Shown in pieces: positions 17,465 through 26,548 of a stretch of 26,548 nt of DNA. Within the stretch, counting starts at the first letter, position 1, and each line of letters starts with the position of its first letter. The notes under the pieces are model-generated. The model did not search any database. It had not been told where the DNA came from and was given only the letters and a program-made list of their open reading frames with translations. Source of the stretch: Dehalococcoidia bacterium (GTDB taxonomy: Bacteria; Chloroflexota; Dehalococcoidia; Lucifugimonadales; UBA3495); the NCBI GenBank assembly GCA_030740155.1, contig JASLXV010000021.1:1-26548 (forward strand), given 5' to 3'. Both the position numbers and the translations under genes were made by a program.

Positions 17465-18418
17465 TTACGCCTCCACAGGGGCCATTCGTCGATCCACGAC
17501 GGGTACGGCTAACGTCTTGATCAGCATAGTGTATCGAGCAACCTCATGAAACTCGCGGCTGAGCAGCAACGAGGCCAAGCGCTCCTGATACTCGGGCACC
17601 AGCCACCTCAGGAGGCCCTTTCGGGCCAGGGCGCTGTCCACCAGCACCTCCCACAGGTCTGGATTGCAAGGATGGGCCACGGCCTCCGCCCTGGTCACCA
17701 GGCGGCGCCGGGTGAGGCTCAGCCAGCCCGTGATCCGGCCGTCACCTCCGGCCACCCACTCCGTCCTTCCCCTGCGGCCGCAATCATACGTGTCAATCCA
17801 CTGGTTGAAAGTGAGGCCCACCGCGACCCGGACTGATTGAGGCGCGGCCGCGGTTACCAGCTGAAATAGCGCGTGATCTTCTTGGTTTGTCTTCTCCCGC
17901 AGGGACGCCGGCGGTATCGCCGCGCCGGCCTCAGTTCCCCGGCCCCAACCCTCCAGCACGGTCTCTTCCAAGTAGGGAAAGAAGCCGGCGGCCCGAGCCA
18001 TGGATACTACGGGACTGCCCGATGGAAGCCGTAAGAAGACGCGTTGGGCGCGCCGCCGGCCTACTTCTTCCATCAACACTCGCAGGAGTTCGAGCGAGAA
18101 GGATTCCCAGGGTTCATACCGCTGAAATGATGCATCCCGGAACCGGAGATTGTCGTGGGGCAAGAACAGCCGGTCAAGCTCCCAGACCCTGGCCTCGGTG
18201 CAGGAGCTGGCCGAGGCCAGGCCCAGCAGTTGGGAGCCATCCCACTGGGCCAGCGTAACCCGGTTCCGGCGTTGGGCCAGGGTCTCCTTCCAGAGGGTGC
18301 CCCTACCCGGAGGCTCGGTGCCGGAGAATCCGTCCCTGGGCCAAGCCAAGTTCGGCCCCTTGGGCACATTCAGGAAGATGCACCGCAAGACATCGTTGAT
18401 GCGGAAGGTTTGTATCAT
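17465..18418 (-). CDS. Hypothetical protein, possibly a degenerate GNAT-like fold
   Basis: ATG 18418 overlaps the pdxT stop (ATGA), and the gene ends 2 nt before the next start. LLGLAS...WELDRLFL...RVFLRL...ARAAGF is only weakly GNAT-like. Confidence 0.7.
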   Translation of the reverse strand: MIQTFRINDVLRCIFLNVPKGPNLAWPRDGFSGTEPPGRGTLWKETLAQRRNRVTLAQWDGSQLLGLASASSCTEARVWELDRLFLPHDNLRFRDASFQRYEPWESFSLELLRVLMEEVGRRRAQRVFLRLPSGSPVVSMARAAGFFPYLEETVLEGWGRGTEAGAAIPPASLREKTNQEDHALFQLVTAAAPQSVRVAVGLTFNQWIDTYDCGRRGRTEWVAGGDGRITGWLSLTRRRLVTRAEAVAHPCNPDLWEVLVDSALARKGLLRWLVPEYQERLASLLLSREFHEVARYTMLIKTLAVPVVDRRMAPVEA

Positions 18419-18996
18419 TCCGCGGCGTCGGGGACGAGGTCCAGAAAGTAGCGATGAAACCGGTTGTCCCCGGTTAGCTCGGGATGAAACGCCGTGGCCA
18501 GCAGGTTTCCTTGCCGCACCGCCACCGGGAGCCCAGTCGGGAGCGAAGCAAGCACCTTGACCGACTCGCCAACCCATTGAATTACCGGAGCGCGGATGAA
18601 CACGGCATGGAAAGGAGAATGGTCGAAGCATTCGATCTCCAGGTCCTGTTCGAAGCTGTCGACCTGGCGGCCAAAGGCGTTGCGCTGCACCCCGATATCC
18701 ATGAGGCCCAGCGGGGATGGGTCCTGCTCGGTGATCTCGTGGGCCATCATGATCATCCCGGCACAGGTCCCCCAGATGGCTTTCCCTTGCTGGGCCATCC
18801 GGGTAACCGGTTCCCTGAGCCCGTAGATACTCATCAGCCGGCTCAAGGTGGTGCTTTCGCCGCCGGGAATAATGAGGCCCTCCACTTTTTCCAGGTGCTG
18901 CGGCAGCCTCACCTCGCGCCCCTCCACCCCAAGCGATCTGAGAATGGCGATATGTTCGGCGAAATCCCCCTGTAACGCTAGGACCCCTACTGTCAA
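18415..18996 (-). CDS. pdxT: Pyridoxal 5'-phosphate synthase glutaminase subunit
   Basis: GVLALQGDF, IIPGGESTT, GTCAG nucleophile, RNAFGRQVDSFE, FIRAP and FHPEL. Confidence 0.97.
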   Translation of the reverse strand: MTVGVLALQGDFAEHIAILRSLGVEGREVRLPQHLEKVEGLIIPGGESTTLSRLMSIYGLREPVTRMAQQGKAIWGTCAGMIMMAHEITEQDPSPLGLMDIGVQRNAFGRQVDSFEQDLEIECFDHSPFHAVFIRAPVIQWVGESVKVLASLPTGLPVAVRQGNLLATAFHPELTGDNRFHRYFLDLVPDAAE

Positions 18997-19051
18997 TTGG
19001 GTGGTCGCCTCGTTGTTATCTTATTCGTCGGGTCTCGATGATCCGGTGCGG

Positions 19052-19942
19052 CTAGAGGCTCCGCGGGGCCAGAAGCTCCGCCTCGGGTATCGTGCGGGTG
19101 CTGATGCCCACCATCGGCTCCCCCAGGTTCTTGGAGATGTCGGCCAGGATTTTCGCGTCTTTGTAATGGGTCACCGACTGAACGATGGCGTAGGCGCGCC
19201 GGGCCGGGTCGCCGGATTTGAAGATACCGGAACCGACGAAAACTCCATCAGCGCCGAGCTGCATCATCAGAGCGGCATCCGAGGGGGTGGCTACTCCCCC
19301 GGCGGCGAAATTGACCACGGGGAGCCTTCCCATCTCCCGGGTCTTGGTGAGTAGCTCCAAGCTAACGCCCAGATTCCGGGCCTCAACAACCAGCTCATCC
19401 TCCGGCATGGTCTGAAGCTTGCGGATGGCGTCCTGCACGGCACGCATGTGCCGCACCGCCTCCACCACGTCGCCGGTGCCGGCTTCGCCCTTGGTACGAA
19501 TCATCGCCGCGCCCTCGGACATACGGCGCAGGGCCTCGCCCAGATCGCGGCAGCCGCAGACGAAAGGTACGGTGAAATCGTGTTTCCAGACGTGATGGAC
19601 TTCGTCAGCGAGGGTAAGTACCTCTGACTCGTCCACGTAGTCCACTCCAAGAGCTTCCAGTACCTGGGCCTCGACGAAGTGCCCGATGCGGCACTTGGCC
19701 ATCACCGGAATACTCACAACGTCCATGATACCGCAAATTATCGCCGGGTCGGTCATGCGGGCGACCCCGCCATCGGCCCGGATGTCGGCGGGCACCCGTT
19801 CCAAGGCCATAACCGCGACGGCACCAGCTTCCTCGGCTATCTTGGCCTGCTCTGCGTTGACCACGTCCATGATGACCCCGCCCTTGAGCATCTGGGCATG
19901 ACCCGCCTTAACCGTCATAGTCCCGGTCAGAGCTTCAACCAT
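19052..19942 (-). CDS. pdxS: Pyridoxal 5'-phosphate synthase lyase subunit
   Basis: [54 protein letters not shown] and [12 protein letters not shown] precedes ATG 19942. Confidence 0.97.
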   Translation of the reverse strand: MVEALTGTMTVKAGHAQMLKGGVIMDVVNAEQAKIAEEAGAVAVMALERVPADIRADGGVARMTDPAIICGIMDVVSIPVMAKCRIGHFVEAQVLEALGVDYVDESEVLTLADEVHHVWKHDFTVPFVCGCRDLGEALRRMSEGAAMIRTKGEAGTGDVVEAVRHMRAVQDAIRKLQTMPEDELVVEARNLGVSLELLTKTREMGRLPVVNFAAGGVATPSDAALMMQLGADGVFVGSGIFKSGDPARRAYAIVQSVTHYKDAKILADISKNLGEPMVGISTRTIPEAELLAPRSL

Positions 19943-19985
19943 TGCTGCGTTCCTCCACGTGAGATGGCACACTACATCCGCCTGT

Positions 19986-20015
19986 ATTATACGACGCTGG
20001 CATACCGGTTATCAA
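19986..20015 (-). promoter_or_regulatory. Putative sigma70 promoter of the pdxS operon
   Basis: Minus strand reads TTGATA-18 bp-TATAAT, about 45 nt upstream of the pdxS ATG. Confidence 0.6.
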
Positions 20016-20365
20016 TTGCAGCCCGCGCCCCATCATATACCGGCACCATTCCTTCCGCCGATCTCCTGCCATCACCCAGCATTTTTCGCATTTGAAGCCA
20101 AGCCGGGGAGCCGCGGATCCAGTCTCACCTGCCCCTGCTCCGGTTCCTCCCGGGGGCACACCCACGATCCCATCCGACTCCGGGCGTCGAGCAGCGCCCG
20201 TTTGAATCAACCGGCCGGTCCGGCATCGGGGCCTGACGGGTGCCGGGCGGGCCCTCAACCAGGCGGAGAGAGGTCATGTTTGGGAAAATGTCCAATAGTT
20301 CATATTGCTTACGGATACCCGCCTCACTCAGAACAAGAATCCCGTGAGCGGGGTCCGGCCATTTC

Positions 20366-20395
20366 TTGACAGCCTCTTGCGGGTAGAATTAAGAT
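20366..20395 (+). promoter_or_regulatory. Putative sigma70 promoter of the tRNA pair
   Basis: Perfect TTGACA (20366-20371), 18 bp, TAAGAT (20390-20395), 11 nt before tRNA-Phe. Confidence 0.65.
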
Positions 20396-20406
20396 AAGAG
20401 GGCCTG

Positions 20407-20478
20407 GCCGAGGTAGCTCAGGGGTAGAGCACGGCACTGAAAATGCCGGTGTCGACAGTTCGATTCTGTCCCTCGGCA
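20407..20478 (+). tRNA. tRNA-Phe (GAA)
   Basis: Acceptor GCCGAGG/CCTCGGC, D arm GCTC..GAGC, anticodon arm CGGCA-CTGAAAA-TGCCG, T loop TTCGATT. Discriminator A is followed by CCT, so CCA is not fully encoded. Confidence 0.97.
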
Positions 20479-20518
20479 CCTTATTCACCAGCCCGTGAAG
20501 GCGGGCTGTGGCCCTGAA

Positions 20519-20593
<75 letters not shown>

Positions 20594-20596
20594 ACC

Positions 20597-20908
20597 GTAG
20601 CAAGACTGATTTACGGCGACCGCGTAGGCAAGCTCGGAAGGTTGCGTCCTCCATGTCGCGCGATAACCTTCGACTCCACGGAACAAAGATTTCTGCTCGC
20701 CCGCTGGTCTGACAACGGCTGGTGGTGTTTGCCTGGTGGAGTTATGGACCCGGGAGAGAACGCGGCTGAGGCGTGGGCGAGGGAAGTGCTGGAGGAGACC
20801 GGGTTGGTGGTCCGCGTTGGTGGATTGGTTGGCATATATCCGACTCCCAACTTCATCGCAGATGCTTTCGCAGGCCAGAAGGCGGCATTTGTGCGTCAGC
20901 CGGGTTAG
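20597..20908 (+). pseudogene. Truncated/degenerate NUDIX hydrolase
   Basis: Nudix box WCLPGGVMDPGENAAEAWAREVLEETGL is present. The ORF-track start lies inside tRNA-Gly, no usable start codon precedes the conserved part after the tRNA, and only ~30 aa follow the box. Confidence 0.65.
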
Positions 20909-21018
20909 GGATGGCGGGTCCCCGACAGGCATGCAAGGATAACCTTTTCGGCGGGGGGAGATGCCCCGTATTCAGAAACGGGAAACCTCTCTATCCAGGT
21001 ATTTGGGACGGTCCCTAA

Positions 21019-21726
21019 GTGTTTGCTCTCATCTTGGCGGGTGGTAAAGGGGAAAGACTCCGGCCGTTGACCGATTCTCTGCCCAAGCCTATGGTGCCGG
21101 TCTGCGGGAAGCCCATCCTACAGCACCAAGTGGAGTGGCTCAAAACTGCAGGGATTACTGATGTGGTCTTCCTTGCTGGATACCACTGGGAAGCTATCCG
21201 GGACCACTTCGGCGATGGGCGTGAGTTCGGCATCCGTGCTACTTATAGCGTGGAAGAATCCCCCCTCGGCCGGGGCGGAGCGACCCGTAAGGGGCTCGCC
21301 AGCGTGCCGGCAGATGCGGGGTCAGTCGTAGTCCTGAATGGAGACACCTTCACCACCCAACGGTTGGGTGATCTAGTCGATAGGCACCGTTACTCTTTGA
21401 CTCTTAATCCGGCGCATTTGGCCACGATGATGTTGGCGCCAATGGTCAGCCCATATGGATTGGTTGACGTGACTCCGGCGGACGATGTTGTCGGATTCAG
21501 AGAGAAAGCTGAGCTGCCTTTTTGGGTCAACGCGGGTATCTACGTGTTTGAACGCAAGATCGCATCGGAGCTGCCCGAGGTGGGAGACCACGAGGTAGAT
21601 ACATTCCCCAAGCTGGCTCATGAGCGAAGGCTGGCGGCTTTCAAAGCCACCGCTTTCTGGAAAGGCATCGACTCATTCAAAGATCTGCGAGAAGTAGAAG
21701 ACTACTTGAGCCGGCCCAGCGAGTAG
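21019..21726 (+). CDS. Sugar-phosphate nucleotidyltransferase (NTP_transferase family)
   Basis: ALILAGGKGERLRPLTDSLPKPM, E..PLGRGGA, VLNGD, FREK, NAGIY and WKGID motifs; no C-terminal beta-helix. Confidence 0.92.
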   Translation: MFALILAGGKGERLRPLTDSLPKPMVPVCGKPILQHQVEWLKTAGITDVVFLAGYHWEAIRDHFGDGREFGIRATYSVEESPLGRGGATRKGLASVPADAGSVVVLNGDTFTTQRLGDLVDRHRYSLTLNPAHLATMMLAPMVSPYGLVDVTPADDVVGFREKAELPFWVNAGIYVFERKIASELPEVGDHEVDTFPKLAHERRLAAFKATAFWKGIDSFKDLREVEDYLSRPSE

Positions 21727-21849
21727 GTTGACCCACCTTGTTGCACCGTCCCGTTAGTACCGTCCCGTCCTCCGGCGCCCCGTGGCCGCCAGGGGCGAAC
21801 CCCTCCGGCCAGTCCACGGTCCTCCGGAACACGGCGCTGTCAATTATGC

Positions 21850-21890
21850 CTTGGTGCCCTTCGTGGCCCCACGAGACAAAGAGCACCAAG
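21850..21890. repeat. Palindromic element resembling the aroE-aroC repeat arms
   Basis: CTTGGTGC/GCACCAAG outer stem with inner TCGTGG/CCACGA. The left arm CTTGGTGCCCTTCGTGGC parallels CTCnGTGnCTCnGTGGC. Lies between convergent genes. Confidence 0.5.
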
Positions 21891-22026
21891 CGACCCCTCT
21901 TGAATGAGTTGCCGGGACGGACCCGGCCCCACCGCCGCCGGTAACCTGAACTCTTGGGCGATGCCGGGAGTGGTCGTCCGGAGAGCTAACGGACCGGCCG
22001 GTATCCCCTGGCCCCTCATCCGGGCG

Positions 22027-22947
22027 TCAAAGCAGGGTCAGCGCGACGGTACCGCCCACAATCAATAATAACGATGCCGACTTGATAGCCAGTGTGTTCC
22101 GCTGCAGGGGCTCTTCCAGCAGCCCAATGCGGCGCGTGCTGAGCGCAGTGGTGATGAGAAACACGAAGAGAGGCCGTGTCGCCGCCATGGTGGATACCAG
22201 GGACACCGGTCCCAGACTTGTGGCGCCGGCGAGCGTAAGCGATCCCACGGGAGCCAGGAAGGCCTCCGATATCACGACCAGGACCAGCGTCCGCCGGTCT
22301 CGCATGGCCACCACAAGCTGGCGAAAGGCCTGGGGCTTGGCCAGGAGAAAGAACCCTAAAGCCATGACCAAGGTGCGAATTGGATAAAACGTCCCCACCG
22401 ACACCTCTTCAAGGGCGTACTTGCCGGTCAGGTGGGCCAAGGCCGTGAAGAAACTGGCCCCGATGAGCACGGGAAACGCCCGGGTGAGCCGGCCGAGCCC
22501 GCCACCGGCGGAGCCTCGCAAGGAGGCCGTCATCGCCCCTGTCACAACCACCACGATGGCTATCCATTGCCCGGCGTTCAGGACTTCATCGAGAAAACCC
22601 ACCGCCATGATGGCGACAAAGACGGGGAAGACATGGATGATCGCGCTGGCCCGGGACGCCTCTTCCAGCTTATAGCCCCAAAACGTCATCGCCAGTCCGG
22701 CGCTCCAGCAACCCCCGGAGAGGGCGGCCACGATCAACCTTCCCGCGGGTGCGCTCTCCGGGCCCCCGGTTACTGCTAGCACAACTGCGCCAGACGCCAC
22801 CAGGGTGATGCAGACCGCGGCGTAAAAGCTAGCCAGACTGGGCAGGTGCCGGTCGATCAGCCGCTTGTCGAAGGCTGTAACGACAGCGAAGGTGGCGGCG
22901 CTCGTCAATGCCAGAAGAGTCCAGTCCAACTCCCAGTTCACCTCCAA
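22027..22947 (-). CDS. EamA/DMT family transporter
   Basis: About 10 hydrophobic segments in two repeats; EASRASAIIHVFPVFVAIMAVGFLDE and GPVSLVSTMAATRPLFV..L..E. Confidence 0.88.
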   Translation of the reverse strand: MEVNWELDWTLLALTSAATFAVVTAFDKRLIDRHLPSLASFYAAVCITLVASGAVVLAVTGGPESAPAGRLIVAALSGGCWSAGLAMTFWGYKLEEASRASAIIHVFPVFVAIMAVGFLDEVLNAGQWIAIVVVVTGAMTASLRGSAGGGLGRLTRAFPVLIGASFFTALAHLTGKYALEEVSVGTFYPIRTLVMALGFFLLAKPQAFRQLVVAMRDRRTLVLVVISEAFLAPVGSLTLAGATSLGPVSLVSTMAATRPLFVFLITTALSTRRIGLLEEPLQRNTLAIKSASLLLIVGGTVALTLL

Positions 22948-23126
22948 AAAGGTTGCCTAGGCCCGGTTTCTATCGATTCGAGGCTCCGGGATTGTACTGG
23001 CGCTACCCAGCGCCGTCAACAAACGGCGCACAAACCGGCTCTGGCGAGTCGCCGGCCGGTTGAATTGTCCTCTGGGCCCCAGTCGGTTAAACTCCGGCTG
23101 GATACTGCTAGCGAAGGAGGAAAGCC

Positions 23127-24260
23127 GTGTCAGCGACCCATAGGGAAATCATCGCCAACGTGGACCGGCTGAACGAACTCCTGGACCGTCACGGGTATTC
23201 CGCCGTGGTGGTCCGGTCCGGGAAGAACTTCACCTACCTGGCCGGGTTCTCTTACCCCGGGACCCTGGGCCGGCACCTCGATTTCCCCGATTCTCCCCGG
23301 GAGGTGCTGTTGGTATGGCCGCGCCAAGGAGAGCCGGCCATGATCCTGAACAGTTTCGCGGCCCCTTTGGCCCGGCGCGACTCATGGCTCGACCGAATCG
23401 AGGTCTGCGACGACTACGCAGAGTCGCCCTATTCGCGGATGGCGGACCTCCTCAAGCAAATGGGACTGGAAGGGGAGAGGGTCGGGTTCGAAAAGACCTA
23501 CCTCAGCGCGGCCCGGTGGGAAGAGATAAGGGGCCTGTTACCCCGCATGACGATGACGGACTGCACGGATCTGATGGACCAGGTCCGTTGGATCAAGACC
23601 CCCGGCGAGGTGACGCTCCTGGAGGAAGCAGCCAACATTCTGGATGAAGCTTACCTCGAGGTGTTCGCGGCGTTGCAAGAGGGAGATACCGAAAGGGAGA
23701 TCCACAGCCGCATCATCCAGGGCTGCATCAGCAGGGGCGCCCAGTGGGCCCATGGCATCCTGAATTCCCACCGAAACACCGTCGCCTACGGCGGAGAGGG
23801 CGGCATGAAGTTCCGCAAGGGCGATATTATCCGGAACGACTACGTTTCCTACTATCAGGGATACCCCGGCCACCAGTCCCGCACCGTGGTCGTGGGGGAG
23901 CCATCGGCGGAGCAGAAGGACACCTACCGGATAATCCTGGACATCTACCGCAGGACCATCGAGCAATGCCAGGTAGGGGCAAAGGCCAGCGACATCCACC
24001 GGTTCGCCGCCGAGAGTTTCCGGGAGCACGGCATCCCAGGCCGTCTGGCGCTGGCCGGCCACAGCGTGGGAACCTGGTGGCACCAGCAGGAGCCCTACAT
24101 TGTCAGCACCGGCCAACACGAGTTGGAGGAGGGCATGGTGCTGGCCATGGAGCCCCACGTCGACTACTGGCACCTACAAGACATGTTCCTGATTACCAAG
24201 GAGGGGCCGCGGCTGATCTCACCCCGCTTCAGCACCGATGAGATGCTGGCCGTCGGCTGA
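23127..24260 (+). CDS. M24 family metallopeptidase (Xaa-Pro peptidase/creatinase-like)
   Basis: Creatinase_N-like N-terminus (NFTYLAGF), RWIKTPGE, GHSVG..HQQEP and EGMVLAMEP. AAGGAGG Shine-Dalgarno precedes GTG. Confidence 0.9.
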   Translation: MSATHREIIANVDRLNELLDRHGYSAVVVRSGKNFTYLAGFSYPGTLGRHLDFPDSPREVLLVWPRQGEPAMILNSFAAPLARRDSWLDRIEVCDDYAESPYSRMADLLKQMGLEGERVGFEKTYLSAARWEEIRGLLPRMTMTDCTDLMDQVRWIKTPGEVTLLEEAANILDEAYLEVFAALQEGDTEREIHSRIIQGCISRGAQWAHGILNSHRNTVAYGGEGGMKFRKGDIIRNDYVSYYQGYPGHQSRTVVVGEPSAEQKDTYRIILDIYRRTIEQCQVGAKASDIHRFAAESFREHGIPGRLALAGHSVGTWWHQQEPYIVSTGQHELEEGMVLAMEPHVDYWHLQDMFLITKEGPRLISPRFSTDEMLAVG

Positions 24261-24441
24261 CGCAGTTCCCAGTGCCAGGGATTGGTAGCGACGATATGCT
24301 GGTGGCCAGGGTGTTGCTGCCGGGGGATCGACAGCGCGTCCGAAGCTTCCGATCCAGCAGGGGCTCGGGAGGCATGCCCGGGGGCCGGCTTCATGCGAGG
24401 CCGGAAACGGGGCCTTTATGGGCGTCCGAACGGGACCCTGG

Positions 24442-24861
24442 TCAGACCAGGCTCGCCGGGTCTATCCCGTCGTTGCGGATCCGGAACCGGCGAGTACGAA
24501 ACCTCTTCCCATACTCGACCAAACCTTGGCCCTCAGGGTTTTCTGCTTCATCCTCCGGAGGCTGGCTCTCGTCTTGGTCCTCAGGTTCGCCCTCTCTATC
24601 AGCCGGGGGTTGGCGCAGGCCCGGCTCCACAGGGGGGCCGTCCTCCAAGTAACGTTCGGCGTTGAACCGGCGGATATGAAATCTCCGGGCCCGGGTCAAT
24701 GCTGGGTTTTCTGGGTACTCCGTGTAAGCGTCGGCCGGGGGCTCTGGAGCGAGTGATTCCGGAGGCTGGTCCTTGCCTGAACCTTCACTGCTATCCGGTT
24801 TGCCATCGGTCCGAGGCTCCTCGTCCCCGGTTTGTGGGGGCTCACCCAAATCTGGATACCC
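24442..24861 (-). other. In-frame acidic/Pro-rich extension directly behind the response regulator TAG (or a separate small ORF 24442..24849)
   Basis: The reading frame continues without a stop from 24861 to 24442 in the same frame as the response regulator. Confidence 0.45.
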
Positions 24862-25218
24862 CTACGCCATTCCGATTCGATCCTGCAGCTCACGGGGGCC
24901 CCAGGGTTTCTTGATGTAGTCCGCGGCCCCCAGTTGCATGCACTCGCGCTCCGAGGCCGCGTCGATCTTGGCCGTCAGGATTATCACCGGGATGGACCAG
25001 GTGCTAGGGTTCTTCTTGAGCCTGCGCAAGACCTCGAAGCCATCCACGACCGGCATCATCAGGTCCAGCAACACAAGGTCGGGATTTTCCGACTGAGCTT
25101 TGCTATACCCAATCAGCCCGTGCTCGGCCTCGACTACGTCGTAGCCAGCCTGTTTCAGAATCGTAGCTACGACGTTTCTAACCTCGGCCTCATCATCAAC
25201 CACGAGAATCTTCGGCAT
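24862..25218 (-). CDS. Response regulator receiver (CheY-like) protein
   Basis: ILVVDDE, PDLVLLDLMMP (phospho-Asp), IILTAK and GAADYIKKP. GGGAGA precedes the ATG. Confidence 0.92.
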   Translation of the reverse strand: MPKILVVDDEAEVRNVVATILKQAGYDVVEAEHGLIGYSKAQSENPDLVLLDLMMPVVDGFEVLRRLKKNPSTWSIPVIILTAKIDAASERECMQLGAADYIKKPWGPRELQDRIGMA

Positions 25219-25440
25219 ACCGGCGATATCTCTCCCAGCAGGCTCCTCACCATATCCCCTCTATGTATTATTTTAGCGATACCGAATATTGAGTTCAATC
25301 CAAGACACCGCAAGAGGAGTGACCCGGCTTCAGCTTGGCCACACTCAGCCGTCCTTCAAGCGTCCCCAAGCCTGGGCAAATGGCGTACAATAAGGGCCAC
25401 ATCCCCTGGCCGGAGGCTAGCCCCCGGCCCCGGTAAGAGA

Positions 25441-26283
25441 ATGCGTGAAACAGACGAGCTTCCGGCCATCGACAAGAGCTGCTTCCAAGAGGGGGACCTA
25501 GCCCTATTGCTGGACCGCAAAGGCCGGCGTTACATGGTGACTCTGGCCGGTGACCAGGTATTCCACAGCCACCTGGGGCGAATAAACCACTCCCAGTTGA
25601 TCGGCCACACCGTGGGCGGATGGTACCGAACCGACCGGGGCCACGTGGTGCTGGCGGTTCGCCCCACCCTGGGAGATTTTGTCCGGGAGATGCCCCGCGG
25701 CCCCCAGATTATCTACCCTAAAGACCTGGGCAATATCGTCAGCCTGGCCGACATTTTCCCCGGCGCCACCGTGGTGGAAGGGGGGCTGGGCTCCGGCGCC
25801 CTCACGGCCGCGCTGCTCCGGGCGGTGGGGGCCGGCGGCCGGGTAATCACCTACGAGGTGAACAAGTCGGTGCTTCCCAGGGCCCTACAGAATCTGGATA
25901 AGGTCATCGCCGACCGTTCGAACCTGACCGTCACCGTGGGCGACATCTACGAGGGCATCGCCGAACGAGGCGTGGACCGGGTGGTGCTGGACGTTCCGGA
26001 ACCATGGCAGGCGGTGGCAACCGTTGGAGACGCCCTGGTGATGGGCGGGATAATGCTGAGCTTTCTCCCCACCATTTTGCAGGTCCACCAACTGGTGCTG
26101 GAGCTGGGCCGTGACTCCCGTTTTCAGTTAGTCGAGACAGTGGAGACCCTGCTGCGCTCCTGGCACGTCACCGAACGCAGCGTGAGGCCGGCCCACCGGA
26201 TGGTGGCCCACAGCGGGTTTCTGACCACCGCGGTGCGGTGCGAAACGCGATCTATTGCCAGCCCGTTCGCGCCCCAATCTTGA
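25441..26283 (+). CDS. trmI: tRNA (adenine-N1)-methyltransferase (m1A58)
   Basis: LLDRKGRRY, MPRGPQIIYPKD, VVEGGLGSGALT, LDVPEPW and VRPAHRMVAHSGFL. ATG 25441 preferred over the ORF-track start at 24832. Confidence 0.93.
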   Translation: MRETDELPAIDKSCFQEGDLALLLDRKGRRYMVTLAGDQVFHSHLGRINHSQLIGHTVGGWYRTDRGHVVLAVRPTLGDFVREMPRGPQIIYPKDLGNIVSLADIFPGATVVEGGLGSGALTAALLRAVGAGGRVITYEVNKSVLPRALQNLDKVIADRSNLTVTVGDIYEGIAERGVDRVVLDVPEPWQAVATVGDALVMGGIMLSFLPTILQVHQLVLELGRDSRFQLVETVETLLRSWHVTERSVRPAHRMVAHSGFLTTAVRCETRSIASPFAPQS

Positions 26284-26326
26284 CCGGGGCAATCCTACTG
26301 AATTGGGCACTCAGGAGGGCAATCAG

Positions 26327-26548
26327 ATGGACGTAATGGACCGGGACAATACGGTCGCATTCTTGCGCCAACACGTGAAGACGGAGATGCTGATGAAGCA
26401 CCTCTACACCGTGGAAGCCGCGATGCGCGGCTACGCCCGCAAGTTCGGCGAGGACGAAGACACTTGGGGCATCGCCGGATTGCTCCACGACTTCGACTGG
26501 GAGATCTGTCCCACGCCCGAGGACCATCCAACCTTCGGCGCTCAGATC
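26327..26548 (+). CDS. HD-domain (HDIG) metal-dependent phosphohydrolase, 3' partial
   Basis: AGGAGG plus ATG 26327 give MDVMDRDNTVAFLRQHVKTEMLMKHLYTVEAAMRGYARKFGEDEDTWGIAGLLHDFDWE...EDHP. Runs off the window end and is absent from the ORF track. Confidence 0.88.
   Translation, partial: MDVMDRDNTVAFLRQHVKTEMLMKHLYTVEAAMRGYARKFGEDEDTWGIAGLLHDFDWEICPTPEDHPTFGAQI

Noticed and set aside
24862..24864. Pyrrolysine decoding of the response-regulator TAG
   Set aside because: No pyl genes in the window and TAG is a normal stop for polX, valS, aroE and pdxS; a nonsense mutation or sequencing error is simpler.
24832..25440. 200-aa N-terminal extension on trmI
   Set aside because: It is the antisense of the response regulator plus intergenic DNA; TrmI similarity starts near ATG 25441.

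Overview
GC-rich bacterial chromosome segment, mostly housekeeping. The gene content and style suggest Chloroflexota, probably Dehalococcoidia/SAR202-like, but this is inference only. Gene order: PT-rich surface protein with an LPxTG-like tail; MBL-fold hydrolase (-); hrcA; polX-PHP plus a hypothetical; valS-aroE-aroC; two hypothetical membrane proteins; a Mer-like LLM oxidoreductase; an Rdx/SelW-family selenoprotein (CxxU) truncated in the ORF track; a minus-strand pdxS-pdxT-hypothetical-(SpoIIIAA/Ycf45-R3H ATPase)-tmk operon; tRNA-Phe and tRNA-Gly; a decayed NUDIX gene; a nucleotidyltransferase; an EamA transporter; an M24 peptidase; a response regulator; trmI; and a partial HD protein. The most notable observations are (1) the in-frame UGA selenoprotein with a hairpin just downstream, (2) a tandem array of ~150-bp REPIN/MITE-like units with (CTCnGTGn)3 arms between aroE and aroC, with relatives elsewhere in the window, (3) a nested palindrome inserted in frame inside valS, (4) a response regulator separated from an in-frame C-terminal extension by a single TAG, and (5) a membrane gene with two compensating frameshifts. 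No CRISPR array, integrase or transposase was seen.
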